DNA of 62,746 bases from contig JBDRHZ010000022.1 of assembly GCA_043816305.1 (NCBI GenBank), positions 1 through 62,746 on the forward strand, in the 5' to 3' direction. The position numbers and the translations under genes are program-made. This stretch comes from Patescibacteria group bacterium. GTDB lineage: Bacteria; Patescibacteriota; Dojkabacteria; JAHIVN01. Each line of letters opens with the position of its first letter. Position 1 is the first letter of the stretch. Below are positions 58,613 to 62,746 of this stretch, one piece after another. The notes beneath the pieces were generated by a model. That model was not told where the DNA came from. It did not search any database and was given only the letters and a program-made list of their open reading frames with translations.

Positions 58613-58888
58613 CTAAACAACAGTGGCCTCGTCTGCATTAATCCTTTCTTCCACAAAAACAGATACAAGATGAGACCTTTCTTCCTGAAGTTCATTAAGA
58701 GTCTGCTCTTCTGAGCTTAATAGGTATTGTGCGTTGTCCGAAGAATTTCCCTCATTGATGTTATCCAGGTATTCTCTAACAACATCCTTAGGTGATGTAT
58801 CAGGGAGATTCAGAACAAATGTTTTTAGCCCAATCAAGCCTCCAACAAAGAGTAGCACAAGAAGTACAACTACTAGTATCTTTTTCAT
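58613..58888 (-). CDS. Orphan ORF with N-terminal membrane anchor, probably the N-terminal part of a TAG-interrupted gene
   Basis: The likely start is MKKILVVVLLVLLFVGGLIGL (ATG at 58888); the ORF track extends to 59017. It ends in TAG at 58613-15. Confidence 0.4.
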   Translation of the reverse strand: MKKILVVVLLVLLFVGGLIGLKTFVLNLPDTSPKDVVREYLDNINEGNSSDNAQYLLSSEEQTLNELQEERSHLVSVFVEERINADEATVV

Positions 58889-59051
58889 GCGATTGAATAT
58901 TGATAGATTAATTTGAGGGAAAATAAGTTCTGATTGTCCTGTTTTTGCGTTCCTCGGTGCATATTGAAGAACTATTAAGTATACGGGAATTTTAACATAT
59001 GGATAAGAATAATGCACTAAAAAGTTGATAATTTCATATAGAAATTAAAAA

Positions 59052-59147
59052 ATGCACAGTCCCGTAAGACTTTGCAACTCGGAGGTGTGGAAGCAGATGT
59101 TTATATTACTGAATGAATTGTCGTAGAGTGAAGCATAGAGGATAAAG
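59052..59147. repeat. Conserved module copy E (micro-ORF 59052..59126 +)
   Basis: The encoded peptide is MHSPVRLCNSEVWKQMFILLNELS*. On the minus strand it reads GCAAAGTCTTACGGGACTGTGC plus TTTTTT. It lies about 30 nt 3' of the minus-strand ORF 59178..59936. Confidence 0.85.
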
Positions 59148-59177
59148 TAGGAGACTATATTTCGAGAGAAGTCTCTC

Positions 59178-59936
59178 TTAATTTAAGTATATTCGAAGAG
59201 GCTTTCCAGGATAAACAAACGTTAATGTAGTTTCATCTAATCTATCATCAGAATACGGTGTATTCAATATAACCGAAAGCTCAGGAGCTCTAATTACACG
59301 ATAGTAAGCTTGAATCAACTGCGCTACGTTTCCTCCTCTAACAAGTAAGGACGTTTCAAGGTCTAATGCAAAGTTAACAATTGTGAGAACCTGTCCGCTT
59401 CCATCATCGTTATGCTCTCCGTAAAAAGGTCTGTTCAAAAACACATGGGTAACAACACTTCTTTTTCCAAAAGGACTCGCCCATCCTTCTCCCAGTCCTA
59501 AGCTTTCAAGTTCTACATTCGATGCAGGACCTAAGGATGTCCTCCCTACTAGTGTTCGAGAGGGACTATATCCGAATATTTTTAATAGGGCTCCAATCTC
59601 CAAATCAGTTAACTGTCCCACTGGACTCCCGTCTGAAATATATGTTAGTAAGCAAACCTCGCCCCTAGGCATTCTGACAGTTAGTGTCGTTGCTGAAGCA
59701 ATATCATAAGCAGTGATTTTTAACATTGAGTGAATTATCATCCTCCTTACCGCATCAGTAGTTCGTTCTAAGTCTTCTGTTAACATAAGATCTAATTTAT
59801 CTGCAGTAGTAACAGTAGGTCTACTTTGGGCAACTGTAGCTACAACTACTCCTGAAGCTAGAACTGCAGTCTCTAAAGTTGAATTTGCAATTCCTAATGT
59901 TTCTTCCGCCTGTACTATCATGCTAGTTTTATTCAA
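59178..59936 (-). CDS. Orphan 252-aa protein (cassette ORF nearest the tRNA)
   Basis: Intact ORF with no motif. Confidence 0.5.
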   Translation of the reverse strand: MNKTSMIVQAEETLGIANSTLETAVLASGVVVATVAQSRPTVTTADKLDLMLTEDLERTTDAVRRMIIHSMLKITAYDIASATTLTVRMPRGEVCLLTYISDGSPVGQLTDLEIGALLKIFGYSPSRTLVGRTSLGPASNVELESLGLGEGWASPFGKRSVVTHVFLNRPFYGEHNDDGSGQVLTIVNFALDLETSLLVRGGNVAQLIQAYYRVIRAPELSVILNTPYSDDRLDETTLTFVYPGKPLRIYLN

Positions 59937-60058
59937 AATATTGTGGGGAGTTTCGTTACATTATATCAGTTCTTTTTGTACAAACTTCAAGATGGTGTAC
60001 AGGTTGTATACAGAGTCGAAAATACCTTAGCCGAAGGTTAACATCTCATGTTAAAAAA

Positions 60059-60131
60059 TGCCGAGGGCCAGACTTGAACTGGCGACACTGCGATTTTCAG
60101 TCGCATGCTCTACCAACTGAGCTACCTCGGC
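60059..60131 (-). tRNA. tRNA-Phe (anticodon GAA)
   Basis: The minus strand reads GCCGAGG-TA-GCTCAGTTGGTAGAGC-A-TGCGA-CTGAAAA-TCGCA-GTGTC-GCCAG-TTCAAGT-CTGGC-CCTCGGC-A. The full cloverleaf folds by hand. CCA is not encoded and a T-run follows. Confidence 0.95.
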
Positions 60132-60178
60132 CTTACAAAGATCCTGCATTTTTAACGATGCTATTATTCTAGCTCTAC

Positions 60179-60203
60179 TCCCGCTTCGACAGACTCAGCG
60201 GGA
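60179..60203. repeat. REP-like hairpin TCCCGCT...CAGCGGGA (related copy at 33676-33690)
   Basis: tcccgcttcgacagactcagcggga compared with tcccgctcagcggga. More hairpins (CTAGCC/GGCTAG, TCCGCC/GGCGGA) lie at 60267-60297. Confidence 0.5.
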
Positions 60204-60439
60204 TTAATTCGACTATGAATTTTACTTCACTTCGTTTGTAAAATCCAAGATCTCATTGAGCAACTGCTAGCCAGAGGCTAGTCCGCCTTTGGCGGAAGCT
60301 GCCTCGGCTAAGATCATTTACCAATTGTTCAATGTACACGTATTACTTGTAAAAAGCAATGTCTGAGGCAGATTATACACCGGTTTGATTATTTATTGCA
60401 ATTTTGAAGTAGGTTTAAATATGCTAGAATCTTGACATA

Positions 60440-60712
60440 ATGAAATATAGGAATTTGCTTGGTGTTTTCTTCAAAGACAAAAACGGAAAAGTTGTGATTG
60501 GCCAGTTTCCAAATATCTCCCTTATTGGCGGGTTTGTGTTTATGGTTTTAACTCAAATCAAAACTTCGGAGCAAATCCACAGTGTTTTTAGTTTCATGAG
60601 CTCTGCATTTTTGTTCACTTGGAGTTATCTTGAACTCACACAAGGAGTTAATTATTTTAGAAGAATGCTGGGTGTAGCAGGGTTGACCCTAGTGATTTTG
60701 AATAATGTGTGA
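60440..60712 (+). CDS. Small membrane protein
   Basis: 90 aa with 3 hydrophobic segments. Confidence 0.45.
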   Translation: MKYRNLLGVFFKDKNGKVVIGQFPNISLIGGFVFMVLTQIKTSEQIHSVFSFMSSAFLFTWSYLELTQGVNYFRRMLGVAGLTLVILNNV

Positions 60713-60749
60713 TTCTTCTGGATAGGAATAAATTTAAAATCCGTTATTG

Positions 60750-62423
60750 CTAGACGAAAACAGGCAGGATCATAGGCTCTCTCTCAATAGTTTTGTAAAT
60801 GTATTTTCCGAGATCTCTGACTAAATTTTCACGCAACTCACTTAAGCTCAACGGTTTATTACCCTTGCCCTTCTCCCACCATTTTTTATGGGTATCTCTT
60901 GCAAGATTCTCCAGATTTTTCATTAGCTGCTTAGAGGCTTTCATATATACGAAACCTCTTGATTCAAACCTAATCTTGCCTATTAACTGCAGAGTTTTGT
61001 TGTGCAGATTCATGATTATGCAGACCATGCCGTAGTTGGCAAGCTGTTCTCTATCCTTTAAAACTATTTCACCAATGTCTCCAACTCCAAGGCCGTCGAT
61101 CAGGATGGGCTTTGCATCGATTCTTTTTCCCTTTGTCCAGCCGTTTGGAACTCTATTCCAGAACTGTCCGTCCTGAGTAAGAAAAATTCTGTCTTTGCTC
61201 ATACCCCACTCAACAAAGTTCTTCTCATTGAGATATCGTTTAGTCATACTGCCGTGGATCGGTATCACAAACTTTGGCTGTATCAGGTCGTACATCATTT
61301 TCATATCAATCTTCATACCATGACCGCTTTCATAAACTTCCATCATATTGCTTTTTACAAGATCTGCGCCTTCTGTGATCAGCCTATCTGTCATATTTTC
61401 TATCTGCAGAATATTTCCCGGTATATCAGATGAGGACATGATGACAAGGTCATTTTTCTTGATCTTGATGTACTTATGCTCTCTCAGCGAGATTCTGTTC
61501 AGTGCAGAATAACGTTCTCCCTGGCTCCCAGTACACAGAATTAGTACCTGCTTATCACTATATTGACTCAGCTTTGATTCGGGCTGCAGCAAGTCCTTTG
61601 GGATATTTACATAGCCAAGATTTTTGGCAATTCTGAGCGAGGTGTTGAGACTGCGGCCTGAGACAAAAACTTTCTTATTATACTTTTTGGCGATTTGTAT
61701 CAGTGAATAAAGTCTAGAAACCAGGCTGGCAAAAGCGGTTACAATTACCCGCCCGTTCGCATTTTTGACTATGGCATCTAGAGTGGTTCCAACTTTTTTT
61801 GCCGAAATCGTCTTTCCTTCTTCCTCGGAATTTGTGCTTTCCATCATAGCCAGATCGACTTTTCCTTGAAGAAGTTCTAGTGACTTGTAGTCTGTTTCAG
61901 GTTCATTTTCTGGCTCGGTGTCTATCTTATAGTCTCCGGAAAAAAAGACATTTCCATTGGGTGTGTCTATGAATATGGAGAACGCATTTGGTATGCTGTG
62001 TGTTACACCAATAAATTTTATGCGCATTTCCCCAAAGCTCTTTATAGTATTTCTCTGAACATTTTCAAATTTCACTGATTTCTCTAAGCCAAAATCCTTC
62101 AGTCTTTCTCTTATCAAGCTGTTTGCAAATGTCCCCGCATAAATTGGCGGGAAACCAAGCTCCTTCAGGACATAAGCAAGTCCTCCTGTATGATCCAGAT
62201 GGCCATGTGTGATCAGGATTGCCTGTATTTTATTCTTATTTCTTTTTAGGTAAGCGTAGTTGGGGATCAAGTAGTCGATCCCGTACATCTGCTCTTCGGG
62301 AAATTCGAAGCCGAAGTCGACTATTACTATTTTATCGTTGTACTCAATAAATGAACAGTTGCGGCCAATACCGCTTGTTCCGGATAATGTACAGACAGAT
62401 AGAGATTTTTTGTTGTTTTGCAT
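60750..62423 (-). CDS. rnj: Ribonuclease J (metallo-beta-lactamase / beta-CASP)
   Basis: 557 aa with ILITHGHLDHTGG, the beta-CASP region and the C-terminal domain. Size and motifs are typical of RNase J. Confidence 0.88.
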   Translation of the reverse strand: MQNNKKSLSVCTLSGTSGIGRNCSFIEYNDKIVIVDFGFEFPEEQMYGIDYLIPNYAYLKRNKNKIQAILITHGHLDHTGGLAYVLKELGFPPIYAGTFANSLIRERLKDFGLEKSVKFENVQRNTIKSFGEMRIKFIGVTHSIPNAFSIFIDTPNGNVFFSGDYKIDTEPENEPETDYKSLELLQGKVDLAMMESTNSEEEGKTISAKKVGTTLDAIVKNANGRVIVTAFASLVSRLYSLIQIAKKYNKKVFVSGRSLNTSLRIAKNLGYVNIPKDLLQPESKLSQYSDKQVLILCTGSQGERYSALNRISLREHKYIKIKKNDLVIMSSSDIPGNILQIENMTDRLITEGADLVKSNMMEVYESGHGMKIDMKMMYDLIQPKFVIPIHGSMTKRYLNEKNFVEWGMSKDRIFLTQDGQFWNRVPNGWTKGKRIDAKPILIDGLGVGDIGEIVLKDREQLANYGMVCIIMNLHNKTLQLIGKIRFESRGFVYMKASKQLMKNLENLARDTHKKWWEKGKGNKPLSLSELRENLVRDLGKYIYKTIEREPMILPVFV

Positions 62424-62616
62424 ATTTTGTATAGGTTTCTAGTCTGCCCATTATACAGAGTTTTTGTGATGGGGAGAAGTAATTAAGGAAAAGGCTTTAG
62501 CACATATTAAATTGCAGGAGCTCTATGGCTTCAGATAAAATAATTGACCTCTTTAAATTTATTTAGGGTCTAGACAACTTTAGGATGATATAATCTATCT
62601 TAAATGATACTAGACA

Positions 62617-62746
62617 ATGAAAAACAAGTATTTAAACAAGGCACACATTTCAGAACGAAAATTTAGAGAAATTTTAAGGTTTTTCACTGAAGATGAAACT
62701 GCAAGTAAGACTGCAAAATATTCTGGAATTAGTAGAAATTCAATCA
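62617..62746 (+). CDS. IS1595-family transposase, N-terminal fragment (continues beyond window)
   Basis: MKNKYLNKAHISERKFREILRFFTEDETASKTAKYSGISRNSI... is the HTH-type N-terminus typical of IS1595/ISXO2-like transposases. Confidence 0.6.
   Translation, partial: MKNKYLNKAHISERKFREILRFFTEDETASKTAKYSGISRNSI

Noticed and set aside
54418-59147. CRISPR array interpretation of the repeated modules
   Set aside because: The repeats are 90-110 bp long and 0.6-1.5 kb apart. The intervening DNA contains full ORFs, and no cas genes are present. The architecture is incompatible with CRISPR.
54418-59147. Canonical integron attC sites / integron
   Set aside because: The minus-strand reading does contain ACTCAAC (fits RYYYAAC) and GTTGCAA. 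However, only CAAC/GTTG can pair, the inner parts are not complementary (no L''/L' stem), and no intI gene or attI is in the window. It is kept only as an analogy.
1-62746. Alternative genetic code with UGA recoding (as in Gracilibacteria/Absconditabacteria)
   Set aside because: Long housekeeping ORFs (uvrA, P-type ATPase, rnj) are intact under code 11. TGA clearly terminates genes, for example 17673..18602, 25755..26744 and 45157..45810.

Overview
This is a 62.7-kb low-GC bacterial chromosome segment. It is densely packed with short spacers and many membrane-anchored acidic or orphan proteins. Together with an LPXTG surface protein and very little metabolism, this suggests an uncultivated Patescibacteria/CPR-type genome (inference only). 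The standard code 11 fits: long ORFs are intact and TGA, TAA and TAG all terminate genes. All product calls come from motif recognition by eye; no searches were run.

Recognisable core genes:
- DNA repair: uvrA, uvrC and umuD/umuC, the last pair split by an Avd-like four-helix-bundle gene.
- Translation and RNA: asnS, rpsT, RNase J and one tRNA-Phe(GAA).
- Envelope and division: mraY, ftsE-ftsX plus a coiled-coil M23 peptidase, a GH3 NagZ-like hydrolase and a LysM protein.
- Transport and regulation: a P-type ATPase, a ZIP transporter, an AI-2E permease and an ECF sigma/anti-sigma pair.
- Other: a PreA-like DHOD-family protein and a NUDIX hydrolase.

Mobile DNA consists of IS1595-type transposase fragments at both window edges and a RAYT (IS200-like Y1) gene.

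Most interesting signals:
1. At 54.4-59.15 kb, next to tRNA-Phe, five (plus one partial) conserved 90-110-bp modules separate unrelated orphan ORFs. Each module carries a conserved 24-35-codon micro-ORF on the + strand and a hairpin plus T-run on the - strand. A shared GTATAGTGGA core also forms perfect 15-bp direct repeats around one cassette. This is a cassette-array-like system that is neither CRISPR nor a canonical integron.
2. A split PEP-synthase/dikinase-like cluster has one ATP-grasp protein and two swivel-His proteins. It sits with a GT2, a nucleotidyltransferase and an atypical radical-SAM-like gene.
3. Pervasive degenerate 7-nt and 9-nt phased tracts fill the intergenic spacers.
4. 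There are two orphan loci that look GC-richer by eye (12.4-18.6 kb and 24.3-26.7 kb).
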